64,000 nt of DNA from Haplodiscus bocki (GCA_965655095.1 OZ296649.1:129394001-129458000); one strand, 5' to 3'; shown: positions 25,840-37,100, counted from the stretch's first letter. Numbers and translations: made by a program. The notes: generated from the sequence alone by a model not told the origin.

Positions 25840-26021
25840 CTAAAACACATTCAATATGTCATTCCACTCCTGAACTGCCAAAAATAAGGAAACGAAAGAG
25901 CATTATGCATCAAGTTTTTTTCCTAAGATGGCAATAAAATAGTTATCTCTGGAGAATGATGGTTAACGATACATTACATCTCAATCTTCTTGAGCCCAAG
26001 ATTGTAACATGAAGTACTTAC

Positions 26022-26222
26022 TTGCTTGACAATTGTGCTTTTACCGGATTCACCAGCACCTAAGAGTAACAGCTTCACTTCCTTAGAGGCCCTCTCTCCT
26101 TCAGTCCTCAGAGTCTTGTCCAGGGTCTTGCTGTGCGACGCTGCTAACCGTTCCTCGTTGTTGAGAGAACAACCATTCTGGCCGAAGGGCCCGCAGGCAT
26201 ATCGTGCAAATCTGCCAAGCAT
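26022..26222 (-). CDS. GNAI: G-alpha-i, exon 1 (start uncertain: in-frame ATG at 26222, or ATG at 26176 if one G is missing)
   Basis: [51 protein letters not shown], then GTAAGT donor; contains the P-loop. The six exons sum to 1101 nt, a whole number of codons. Confidence 0.9.
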
Positions 26223-26899
26223 TCGAAGGTGTTGTCGCGGCGGAACACTATTCCGCTTCAAGCTCTCCAGAGTGGTAGAAGTTTCTCAGCCTTGAGCTGC
26301 TTCTTGCTTAAAATTTGCTGTTCTATTCGTCAAGTCAATTACCGCGTGGCCAGGCAGTACAGTTATGAGGAAGCTTGAGATACTATAATCCTGATGTGGC
26401 TGAATAACGACGGCGCCGATGCATTAACCCATAAAAGACATTTCTGCAATCTGAAAAGCAAACTTCTGACTCAGATTTGACGAAATTTCACAGGGTCACA
26501 ATTATCGTCAAACATAGAAGAGGCCGAAAATGAATGGTAAAGTCAAGGTCTCTAACTAGAGTGTGTCAATGACATGCAACAAGTGATTGATTTATAACTC
26601 TCTCAAATTAACTTTTCACATTCGAGACAAAGTTCTCGAGGAGCTAAACATGGCAAGTTTGGAACCATTAACATCAGGTGATGTATGTCTGTTTCCTCTG
26701 AAAGCTTACGCAAAAATATATAACACGAGCTTGCACAAAGGTAAAAACGTTAATGATGAAAGGAAAAGCATGAAATCATGGAAATACGCGCAGGTAAAGA
26801 CGAAATTAGTCAATTTGAATAAAATTTTCGGGAAACACAAAGTATATTCTGAAACATCGTCAACAAGCCGATTCAAATGATGCTTGCCACCTCTCAATT

Positions 26900-27631
26900 T
26901 CATATAATCAAGGAATACAACTTCATTTTATTATCAATAAAATACTCGAAAGCCACGCTAAAGCACAATAAGGTAACTGACTTGATGTGAATTTTATTAG
27001 TTTCCCAACAACACGCAATGAAAATGTATCTACAAACGAGAACATAGATCTCTAGCAGAAATATACACACTGATAATTCAGCCGGTGAAGACCAAATGTA
27101 GACAGCAAAAACATATAATCTTGCAAACTTACCAAACAACAGGGACTTCAGGTAAGTAGCCAAATCAATATGCAGAAAAGAACACTTGATAAAGGCGACG
27201 GCACAAGCTGTCATTATTGCGTAATAGAAAATATTTTCGACAAGCTTTTGCAGCAAAAGTGCATAAAATTGCAATTCAAGTCTACTGTAGTCGGTCTTAG
27301 TTTTGGAATCATTTCCGGCGCCTCGTATACTTTCAACTTCTAGCATCCGCCACCATTTGTAATAGGCATCAGCAAACAACATCATCACCCACAGCTTCAG
27401 AACGCCCGCTTTCATAGGAATGTTAAAAAGAACATGACTGAATGCACGTTTCTTGAGAAGCATTAGATCAAGTACCACTAAAATGGTGTCAAATTCAACA
27501 TATTGATCAACAAGATTCTTGCAATGCTCGCAAGTGCTCGGTTTAACTCCTTCAAGCCTCGCGCCTTTCGTAAATAAATCATTGGCTCGCTCGCCACATT
27601 CGATACAACGAAAGGACAATGTTTCCGGCAT
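26900..27631 (-). CDS. ARV1: ARV1-family ER membrane protein, 243 aa, intronless
   Basis: N-terminal Arv1 homology domain CIECG-x-CEHC...DQYVEFD..LVVLDLMLLKKRAFSHVLFN, then DAYYKW and several hydrophobic segments. Confidence 0.92.
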   Translation of the reverse strand: MPETLSFRCIECGERANDLFTKGARLEGVKPSTCEHCKNLVDQYVEFDTILVVLDLMLLKKRAFSHVLFNIPMKAGVLKLWVMMLFADAYYKWWRMLEVESIRGAGNDSKTKTDYSRLELQFYALLLQKLVENIFYYAIMTACAVAFIKCSFLHIDLATYLKSLLFGKFARLYVFAVYIWSSPAELSVCIFLLEIYVLVCRYIFIACCWETNKIHIKSVTLLCFSVAFEYFIDNKMKLYSLII

Positions 27632-28375
27632 ATCATCCCTTAAACATTAACCATGCACTGCCATGAAGTAAAAAAAATTCAGTTCATTGATATTCCAACA
27701 CCTCAATTCTATTTCGCCCCAAAATCATGAAAAAGTCTAAGAAATCCACAAGTGTTTTTGTTGTGATCTCCGGCTTTTTACGCATGACTCAAAAAATTCA
27801 TGTTTTCTGAGGTTTTCGTGAATTATCGCTCGCTATACAATTTCTTAAATACACTACAAGCAACTATAGTTGCTTTTTAGAATTATTCAAAAAAGTTTGG
27901 TTTGGGAAACAAAATAATTTTCTTATTTAGATGTCCACAGAGTTTTCGCGCTAGCTGAAATCAAAGTTGAAAATTTCAAAAGTACTAAGAAAGCTTTAAA
28001 GGGTGACCACTCAAGCTTGACACTCAGTTCGCTGCTTGACCGGTCGTCGTCAACTTTCCAGATTCGTTAAAATTTTTCCAGTGATAAAGGATTCGCCATG
28101 TTTAATCTTCAGCTTTTAGTCGGTGAAATAGTTTCCAGAACAGATTTGACCGACTTCTCAAAACTGAGAGGTGAAATCAAAACTTTCGAGCAAACTCATC
28201 AGCCTTTCTGATTTGAAATTTCTGACTTAAGTGGATGAATTAAGTTATTTAGACAGTAAGAACTAAGCCTAACTGTTGTGATAAACTTATTAAATAGACT
28301 TTTTCATGTGATATGGTGTACTATGCCTATGAGACCGCCTTCGACTGAAGGATTTCAGACATAGGCGGAAAGCAG

Positions 28376-28990
28376 ATGCGATTCCACATCCTTAAGTCAT
28401 CAACAACGAAGTTCCTTCTCATCTCAGATTCCCAAACCCAGTATCTCAACTATCCCAACCTCAACATCTTAAGTATCCCTGGTGGAAAAGTTTGCCACGC
28501 CCGTAACTTCCTCCCAAAGAAAGGTGCCTACGACATTATAATTATCTTCATTGGGGGAAACGACCTATTTGAGAAAACAACCCGAGCAGGAATCCCTGTG
28601 TTCAGCTCAGTCACCCCAGGTCAAGTGGCCAACGAGCTGAAAGAGCTCGCTGAGGAAGCCCTTCTCCTCACCAAGAAAGTTTACGTTCTTGCTATCCCTT
28701 TCCGTTTCGACGGTGCTGCCGCCAAAAAGCGTGTATCCGCAGTCAACGAGCTCCTATGGGAAAGAGAGCAGGGCTGCCGATATCGGGGAGTATCCAAGCG
28801 CATATACGCCAGTCATCACATTGGATTCGACGATATCCATCTCAGCGAGCAAGGTCTAGTGGGTCTCCGCAGCATCCTCAAAAACAACATTCTCTACGAG
28901 AACTACAGCACGGACATCCACAACTCCGGCCACATCCAATGCCACGAGTGCTCGGGCAACAAGTGCAAGTGCGGCCTCTACTCAGCCTAA
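28376..28990 (+). CDS. SGNH/GDSL-type esterase, 204 aa, intact, with Cys-rich tail
   Basis: Block I LLISDSQ, block II IPGG, block III FIGGNDL, block V DDIHLS. Tail HIQCHECSGNKCKC. Confidence 0.8.
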   Translation: MRFHILKSSTTKFLLISDSQTQYLNYPNLNILSIPGGKVCHARNFLPKKGAYDIIIIFIGGNDLFEKTTRAGIPVFSSVTPGQVANELKELAEEALLLTKKVYVLAIPFRFDGAAAKKRVSAVNELLWEREQGCRYRGVSKRIYASHHIGFDDIHLSEQGLVGLRSILKNNILYENYSTDIHNSGHIQCHECSGNKCKCGLYSA

Positions 28991-29017
28991 ACATGGTTAG
29001 AATTTTCCCAGCTTCCA

Positions 29018-29428
29018 CGGGCACCCTCCGAGGTCCTCTGAAGCTGCCTCTTTCCTTGTATCTTGTGTTCCATGCACACCTCCCTCCAGGTACCTCACGA
29101 GTTTCCGAGATTTTTCCTTCTCAGCCAAACCAAACCTCATTCTATCCTACCGTCTCCGCCAAGAATTTTCTCCTGGGCACCCTCCGGGGTCCTCCTGAGA
29201 AATCTCTTCCACTTTCTCCTGGGCACCCTCCGGGGTCTTCCCGAGGAATCTCTTCTGCTTTCTCCTGGGCACCCTCCCGGGTCCTCCTGAGAACTTTCTT
29301 CCGCTAACTCTTTGCCACCCTCTCCGCCGAAAAATTTCTCCTGGGCACTCTGCGGGGTCCTTCTGAGAATTCTGTTCTGTTATCTGTCGGGAACATCTCG
29401 TGGGCACCCTCCGTGGTCCTCCTTAGAG
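29018..29428 (+). repeat. Array of ~7 copies of a 29-bp GC-rich motif with pyrimidine-rich linkers
   Basis: CTGGGCACCCTCCGGGGTCCTCCTGAGAA-like units at ~29018, ~29087 (degenerate), 29173, 29219, 29265, 29341 and 29400. Confidence 0.9.
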
Positions 29429-29448
29429 CATAAGATCCCCGCCTCACA

Positions 29449-30300
29449 ATGACATCTAGAACTCGTCTCCCCTCAGACAAGAACTATTATCCCACCATCG
29501 CAGAGCTTCTCACAGTGGAGCCAGCTGAACTGAGCAGCTTCACCGGCAGGTCCAACAAAGCTACATTAGAATGCCTCCTCAGGGAGGCTCTATCCCAGCT
29601 TGCCGATGCCAAAGCGCAAAACAGCAGACTCGTCCAAAGACTTGCCTCCAACGAAAGCAAGTTCGAGGAAATCAAAGAAGTGGTCATAAACAAATTGGAA
29701 TCAGCAATGCCAGTTCAAGCCTCAGGTCCCTCTGCGCAATACCAAGCTCAGAAAGAGCCTGCTGTACCCCGGCCAAAAGCGGTCTCTCAAAGCATTCTGT
29801 GCCAAATGAGAATCGATGGAATTCCCGAGGCCACCACATCCTCTCCGGAGAACCCAGATAACACTACCAGCATCGTCAAACAGGAAGCAGCGAAAGTCAA
29901 AGAGGTTCTCGATTTCTTAGATGAAAGACCAACCATTGTCGATGCGCGACGCCTCGGAAAATTCAAACCATCATTCAAAGAGAAACGCACCCGACACCGG
30001 TCAACCTTACTAACGGTGGCAAACGTCTGGAAGGCAAAACAAATCCTGGGGAAAGCTTCACTACTCCGAGGCTTCACCAAATTTAAAGCCTTCTTCTCCC
30101 CCAGTTTCTCTCAAGAAGACATCATCAAAGAACGCAAAGTCCTCGAAAAGCGCCGAGAGCTGATCAACTCAGGCGTTCAAGCCAAATCGCTTAAAATCAA
30201 AAACTTTCAGCTGATTCTAGACAACGTCCTGGTGGATGACCTTACATACGAAGACGAGAAGGGGCCTCCTGATGGAGGCAGTGCTGCTTCCTCTGCCTGA
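29449..30300 (+). CDS. LINE ORF1 protein (coiled coil plus RRM/CTD type), 283 aa
   Basis: Heptad-like region LLREALSQLADAKAQNSRLVQRL. Motifs RIDGIPE, DARRLGKF, FFSPSFSQED and LKIKNFQLILDN are typical of CR1/L2-type ORF1p. Confidence 0.85.
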   Translation: MTSRTRLPSDKNYYPTIAELLTVEPAELSSFTGRSNKATLECLLREALSQLADAKAQNSRLVQRLASNESKFEEIKEVVINKLESAMPVQASGPSAQYQAQKEPAVPRPKAVSQSILCQMRIDGIPEATTSSPENPDNTTSIVKQEAAKVKEVLDFLDERPTIVDARRLGKFKPSFKEKRTRHRSTLLTVANVWKAKQILGKASLLRGFTKFKAFFSPSFSQEDIIKERKVLEKRRELINSGVQAKSLKIKNFQLILDNVLVDDLTYEDEKGPPDGGSAASSA

Positions 30301-32877
30301 CTATCACAGTCACTTTCTATTCTCTCTTACAACGTTCGAAGCCTCATATCTCAGCAAAGAAGAACCTGCATTGCAAACTTCATCACAGCCAACCCCTTCG
30401 ACATCCTATGCCTCTGCAAAACCTGGCCTGACAGCAGTTTCAGAGACACTGAACTCTTCCTCCCCAAGTACAACTGCGTACGTTCTGAAAGAGATGCATC
30501 CCAGCACGGCGGGGTGCTCACGGCTGTCAGAAGCTCTATCAGCCATGAAATAATCCCGCTCTCTCTACCCACTGGCTGCTGCTGTGTTGCCACCACTATC
30601 CAATCAAACAAGCCTTTTGTAGTTGTTAACGCTCACAACCCACCATCAGGCAGCAACTACAGATGGCAACCATCCATTTTCGAGTCCATTTTGTGCCAAG
30701 TAAAATCATCAAACTCTAACCTTCCAGTTATTCTAACAGGAGACCTCAACCTGTCAGGGATAAACTGGGAGGACAACTCGACAAACTCGGACTACGAGCT
30801 AAAATGCATTGACTTCTTGATGGAGCACAATCTGCATCAACTGAATCCTTCCATCACGACCGCTTCCAAAATTCTGGATCTCTGCCTCACAGATAACTCC
30901 GATCTAGTCATATCCTCTCTAGCGACGGACGACGCATATCTAAACAGCTCGCCACTCTCAGACCACCACCCTGTTTCCATCAAACTAAATGTCAGTGCAT
31001 TAGCACCCCTCGAAAGGGTTTCCAAGTACTTCAATTTCAACAAAATTGATCACCAAGGGCTCCACAGGGCTGCTCTCGATTCCCCATTCCTGCCCTACTG
31101 CTAGTCAAACCCCGCGCTTCTCCTAGCCCTCTGGCATGAATGGCTCAAACCTCTGCTTAACAAGTTCGTACCTCTGAAATCTGTGCATCGCTCTCGACTA
31201 CCACCCTGGATCTCCCCAGAGACCTCTCATCTGATGGAGAAACTCAACACGCTCGAAAGCAATCCAAAACTCACCACATCGTACCAAACCAAAGTGCTCT
31301 CACTCAAAGAAAGAGTATCTTCCGGCGCCGATGATGACCCGTGTACATACCAGGCACGTCTTTCCGAGAGGCGAAACTCCAAACACATATTCAAACATTT
31401 GAAGAATCTTAAGAAGGGGGCCCACCTCCCTCCCGTTCTCAAAACGGTGCCGACTCTGCACGTAGCAGTCTCGAGAGAGCCCACATGCTAAATCAAAACT
31501 TTCAGTCAGTATTCAATACCAAATCCTCCGAGCCAGCCTTACCTCCCGAAGCAATCGACTATCACCCCGGCAGTTCATTCGACACCTCAGTCAGCAAAGT
31601 CACTTAGATCCTATCAAATCTCGACACTTCAAAAGCCACGGGAGCTGACGGCTTACCCCCACACCTTCTCAAAACCTGCTCCACAGGCCTACCAAAACCC
31701 CTATCCAATATTTTCACCAAATCCAAACAAGTGGGCAAATTCCCTTCCCAGTGGAAAATTGCACGCATCAAACCTCTGTTTAAAGACGGAGCAAAAAACT
31801 CAGTCTCCAATTACAGGCCAGTTGCCCTACTTCCCTGCGCAAGCAAAGTCTCCGAAAAATGTATCTACACCAAAGTCTGGGAAGTCATCTCCCCTACCCT
31901 CTCTGACGCCCAATATGGATTCCGAAAAGGGCGCTCCTGTATAATCCAACTACTAGCCTCGCTCAACGTTATCCACAACAGCAAAGATCAGAGGTTAACA
32001 ACCCACGCGCTCTATCTTGACCTCCGCAAAGCTTTCGACAAAGTCGACCACTCAATTCTGCTAAGGAAACTCTATGCAATTGGAATACGAGGAAAACTTC
32101 TTCTACTCATCCAGGACTACCTAACAAACAGAAAACAGCACGTCGACGTCGATGGTAGTGTGTCCGGTAATCTAGATGTAACCAGCGGAGTCCCACAGGG
32201 GGCTCTTCTTGCAGTACTCTTCTTTTTGGTTTACATTGACGATCTGCCCGAACTGATCAAGTTAATCCACGCGACAATATTCATGTTAGCCGACGATGGG
32301 AAATTAATAGCGTCAAACTCACACCTCTTCAACGCCCTCCCAGTCCTCGAAAAGTGGGCCTCGACCAACAAAATGTGCTTCCACCCCTCCAAAAGTAAAG
32401 TAATCTGCTTCCACGGTCCTCCTCCAGAGTACACGTTCTGCAATGTGAAACTCGAAGTCGCAGACTCCCACCGAGACGTAGGACTCCTCGTCAACAGCAG
32501 TCTCACCTGGTCCGATCATATCTCACTCCGCCTAGGAAACGCTTATGGAGCTTTCTACCTTCTGAAACGAAATGTCTCTGCCAACTTGAGCACCTCCTCT
32601 AAGCTAAATCTCTACAAAAGCACAGTCCTATCTGTTCTCTGCTTTGCATCTTCCTGTTGGTTCCCTCTCGCGGGGACATGAAGAAAACTGAGCAACTCTA
32701 GAGAAGAGTAACAAACTGGTTCATCCCATCTATCAAGGATTACAAAGACCGCCTCAAAAAGCCCGACTTTCTCCCAGTCCCTCTATACCTACAAATGCCA
32801 GATATCCTCCTACTTTCAAACATCTGCAACGGACAGTACGACTTCAACCTCGAAGGTTTTCTATCCCTGGAACAAGG
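30301..32877 (+). pseudogene. LINE ORF2: AP endonuclease plus reverse transcriptase, with in-frame stops and frameshifts
   Basis: EN: SYNVRS, DILCLCKTW, HGGV, TGDLN, LDLCLT, SDHHPV. RT: NYRPVALL, QYGFRKGRSC, YLDLRKAFDKVDH, SGVPQG, YIDDL, LADD. Stop at 31102-31104; frame changes near 31450 and 32680. Confidence 0.92.
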
Positions 32878-33312
32878 NNNNNNNNNNNNNNNNNNNNNNN
32901 NNNNNNNNNNNNNNNNNNNNNNNNNNNNNNNNNNNNNNNNNNNNNNNNNNNNNNNNNNNNNNNNNNNNNNNNNNNNNNNNNNNNNNNNNNNNNNNNNNNN
33001 NNNNNNNNNNNNNNNNNNNNNNNNNNNNNNNNNNNNNNNNNNNNNNNNNNNNNNNNNNNNNNNNNNNNNNNNNNNNNAGCTTTTTCATTTCACCTTCATG
33101 TTGCTCGGAATGTCACATCACTCCGAGTACATGTTTGTGTTGTTTAACCACCAAGAATTGTCACCTTATCAGTAACGTGGTTTGGCTCGAGAGGAATTTT
33201 GTGTTCCTCAGAAACGTAGCCTTTTGCTTGACACAACCCTGAAAAACGTGGCACTAAGCTGTGAATCCACTTCCCGCGAAATGGATTGCAACTGAAAAAT
33301 TTTTCGTTTTGT

Positions 33313-33314
<2 letters not shown>

Positions 33315-33360
<46 letters not shown>
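33315..33360. repeat. (AG)n microsatellite, ~23 units
   Basis: Seen directly in the sequence. Confidence 0.98.
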
Positions 33361-33363
<3 letters not shown>

Positions 33364-34129
33364 AAAAGACTCATTGATAGGTTTAGAAAAGATGTATTTT
33401 GCAGGGAGGAGCTATCCTTAGTCCCACTTCCAAAGCACTGTTAGTATCGTTTCCTGGGTCCTTCGAGCCTAACTCTTACACCGTACGGGGCGCCCTACCT
33501 TTTTACTGCTTTTCTTCACGCAGCATAGTTTCTTTTCCTCCATCTTCAGCTTTATTTTGTTAGTTTTTCTTTAGTGTAGTCGACATTTCAACATCCTTCT
33601 ATTTGGGTGACGGTTTTGGGACGTCTAGCTAAATCTAAAAGCTACAATCGTGATTAGCATGAGAGTGAACTGATCAAATTTGTGGGGTTGTGGATGTCCC
33701 TCCATGATTTATCAGAGGCTTGAGATCTTGAATCCCGACAAGTGACTTCCAATTACCTATTAAGATAAGCTATGGTTCAAAAATGTAAATAAAAGTAAGG
33801 TTAGAGTCAACGTAGAAAAACAGGGTTTTAAAGACTCATTTTTGGTACTGTTGGATTTTTTCGCCAAATTTTTTGAGATTTTCCACACCCCGTGCCAATT
33901 TTTGCCGAAAGAGGATAGTTTTTGTAGTGGATGGTTTTTCATGACGCTAGTGGTTAATTATTACATCTGCGAAAGATGCTGCGACTAAATGCTTTGTGAA
34001 AATAATGCAAATAAAGTTGAAATGTTAATTATACAGTACCAAATGTTAGAAAACAGTTGACCTTCAGATGAACCTTGAAAAGAATGAAACATTACGACAT
34101 TACGAGTAGTTACTAGTTTTTTTAAAATC

Positions 34130-37100
34130 ATATCAAAAGGACTGGAAGGTAGTGGTTTTGGCATCATCTGTTTGTACCACTGTTTGAGATAACTGTACGT
34201 TTCAACTGCGAGAGAGTCCGCAAAAGACAAATTTTGACAAATGTTCGCAATCAAAATTCAATGCTCACCCACCATATAGCTAATTTGATTATATATAATG
34301 GCAAAAATCTCGATAAAATGAGCCGAAACATTTGTGAAGGAAACGAACCAAAGCACCGACACTTACATATAGGGATACGATTGATTGCTCAGAGGAGACT
34401 ACTGCTGTCGGTTTTTAAAAATCATCGCAACAACGCCGAACACCAAACTCCATAACTGCAAGCAAAGGCATCCTTTTTGCAACACAATCAGTCCAGTAAT
34501 ATTTTCTGGAGAATAAGTAAAGTCTCGCTCCAATCTCTGTGGTTCTCCAACTAGTTCTGGGTAAAATCAATCCTCAGCAGCAACTCGCCTTGCAGTCAAG
34601 TCAGAAACTAGTAAAAACGTTCTAAGAGATTGTCAATTGGAATTGAGGTGCTATCATCTTGCAGAATAGAAGCTTTCATTCTCATAACAATCAGCAAAGT
34701 TGATCAGTGGCATCAAAGTCTTCAATGGTTGACCACGTCCAAGTTCTCCAATTCGTCTGAAATCCAAATTTCGATACCAGAGAAGATTTTCACTATCCGA
34801 TCCAGTGAATGTAGAATTTATAATCAGTGCAACGGCATCTGGACGAACTGGAACACTATTTAAAACGTTTTTCTGACTAAATTGATTTTCTCTGGGGGGA
34901 ATGATGAAAGTCGTTGCCCGAATCTCCGAAAGGTTGGACTCAACAGGAAATTATGCAAGCATTCTCAATTTCTATATTGATAATCACCCTTCAAGGCAAC
35001 ACGACGATTGGAATTTGAGCAATGAACACTTCCTTGAATGATAATAGGGTTGTCGGCAATCATGTAAAAAATTTTGGCTCCGACTAGTTGTAGGTTAATT
35101 TGCAAATTTGTTTTGGCAAATCAGAAGACGAAAAAAAGGGACTGTTAGTTTACCATACAACATGAAGCCGTCATTCTGCTAAGGTTTTTTTGCTCTCCTG
35201 TTAAAAAAGGAACAGACCGGGGCGTCTCCAAAACATGTTCAGAATTTTTTCATAGTGGTTTCCGTTGTATTGCAAAACCCCTTGTCTTTGGAGATGGCGT
35301 CCTTGAAAGTGATGGAAATGTTAAGTTCATGCGCATACAATCGTTCAGATTTCTTTAATTGCTGATTTTTGATGCACACCTGAACAATGGAAAAAATGGA
35401 TGGAAAATGTTGTTTACTTGAATCACCAGAGGAACTGGAGCGTCTTGTTGCTCCTCAACGGTTTCCCCCACTTCCGTAAGCATAAAATTCCCGTCTGCAG
35501 CCTTTTTTGATTCTGTTTTGCGCTCATTTTCACTTTTTTTGGCCTTGTAAGATACCAATCCTTCAACCATCTTCAGCTCACGAGCCCAATCAGTGTGTCT
35601 GAAATCAAGGTAACAGTTCCAATCCGTTTGAAATTGGAAACACATGCAGTTCTCATCGAAGGCGGCATGTGGTGTTAAATTCTTCTTGGTGTGTCCACAA
35701 CACATCGTCAACTTATGGGATTTTCATTCCAACTTTTTCCAGAAACTGCCAAAAAAGTCTGGTAGAGGAAACTGCTCGACGAAGTCAATGGAAGATGTTT
35801 GTAAAAAAAAGTTCGCGATCCAGTGATTTGTTTGGCAGATTTGGTTGGACTAATTCTGCTTGCCTCTTTTTTGCTCGTGGCTACATTCTGCTTCCTGCTA
35901 CAACTACCCAGCTGTTTACTCCATGTTTGTCTTCCCACAGTTTTTGCAACTGTCCGAAAAAATTTCTACTAATACAACTTCTTTGAATCCTGAAGCATTT
36001 TCCAAGCTGGCACCGACACGTTTTGCAACTGTGACAACAATTTTACGCAAAAATGGAATAGAGGTTCTTCCATTACTTTGTCTTAAGTTTCACATTTTCA
36101 TCAATTTTTCCGAATCCATTGAAAAAATTCTTTTTTTGAATGTAGCACCGCTTCCATTCTTTTGAACATACGCGTGTTTTTTTATGTTGCATGATTTAAA
36201 ATGCAAAAAGTGTCTCACCTTTCATACTGACAGGTAATTACTTCTCGATAAATTGCACAAAAATCAATAAAGAGCACTAAGGAGCACATAATTTTTGTAG
36301 CTTTTGACATTCGTCTTTTGACAGGAATCGAGATTCTTCTTCCTTTTTTGACATTCCGAAATGTAAAAAAGCCAGCAGCTTCTAGTAAAATAATTCAAAC
36401 TTGTAGAAGCTCTTAATTTTCAGTCAACAGTTGTTAAGCAAAGCCTGACAGCAAACTTCCTATTTGTCCACCTTTTTAAAAAAAATGGCGCTTTCGAGAG
36501 CCTGATACGAGGACAAGACACGTCTCTGTCAACTAAAGAGTCCGCTCTGGCAAGTATTTTTTTGTTTTTTCCTCCAGTTAAAAAGAAACAATTTTATAGC
36601 TGAGATTTTGTTCAGATTGACAGCTTACAAAATCTTGCTTTTTAGCTGGGCGTTTATGCAATTTCTTGTTTAGACAAAAGTCAAGACGAAAAAGAATTGC
36701 TCCAAAGCAAGATAATTGACTATTGACTAATGACTGGAGGTGTAATGTCTTTTTTGAGCCGTTACAACGTTCCGACAACAGTTTCTCTTCTTTGCTTCCA
36801 TGTTTCACTTTTTAGAGATACTATCCAACTTTCGTTTTGACTTTTTGCCACGTGATGTCGTTTTCTGCTTGTTTGGTTGACTTTGAGCAGACTAACTATG
36901 CAGTTCGAGAGAACCCGGCGAAACATTTTTAGACAAGACAAGAAAAGGATATTCGCACTTGTGGGAAATCCGTTGCAACACTTGAATAGTTGAGTAATTT
37001 TGCGTGTTCATCGTCCAAAGTGTTTAAATGATTCAACCAATCACAGTTTCAATTTTTTGAGGGAAAGGTCCGCTGTTTGTACAGTAACGTAGTCGAGCGT

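Larger units (their letters stand above)
28325..32877 (+). mobile_element. CR1/L2-like non-LTR retrotransposon (esterase ORF, repeat array, ORF1, APE-RT ORF2); 3' end lost in gap
   Basis: Abrupt shift to C-rich, higher-GC composition at ~28.3 kb that persists to the gap. Component ORFs are listed separately. Including the esterase ORF in the element is an inference. Confidence 0.85.

Noticed and set aside
26175-26177. AAT as a non-standard initiator or sign of an altered genetic code
   Set aside because: The other genes translate normally with the standard code. A 1-nt deletion or the upstream ATG explains it more simply.
28325-28398. Canonical HDV-like or hammerhead ribozyme at the LINE 5' end
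   Set aside because: Only 6 nt lie where HDV needs the P3/L3 element. CTGAAGG and GAAA are not followed by a valid hammerhead stem III and NUH. Kept only as an unclassified structure.
28756-29407. Overlapping ORFs 28756-29307, 29063-29290 and 29147-29407
   Set aside because: Shadow frames of the esterase ORF and the stop-poor GC-rich repeat array; no domain signal.
29173-29428. CRISPR-like repeat-spacer appearance
   Set aside because: Eukaryotic context with no cas genes; the linkers are unequal in length and related to each other, so this is a tandem-derived array.
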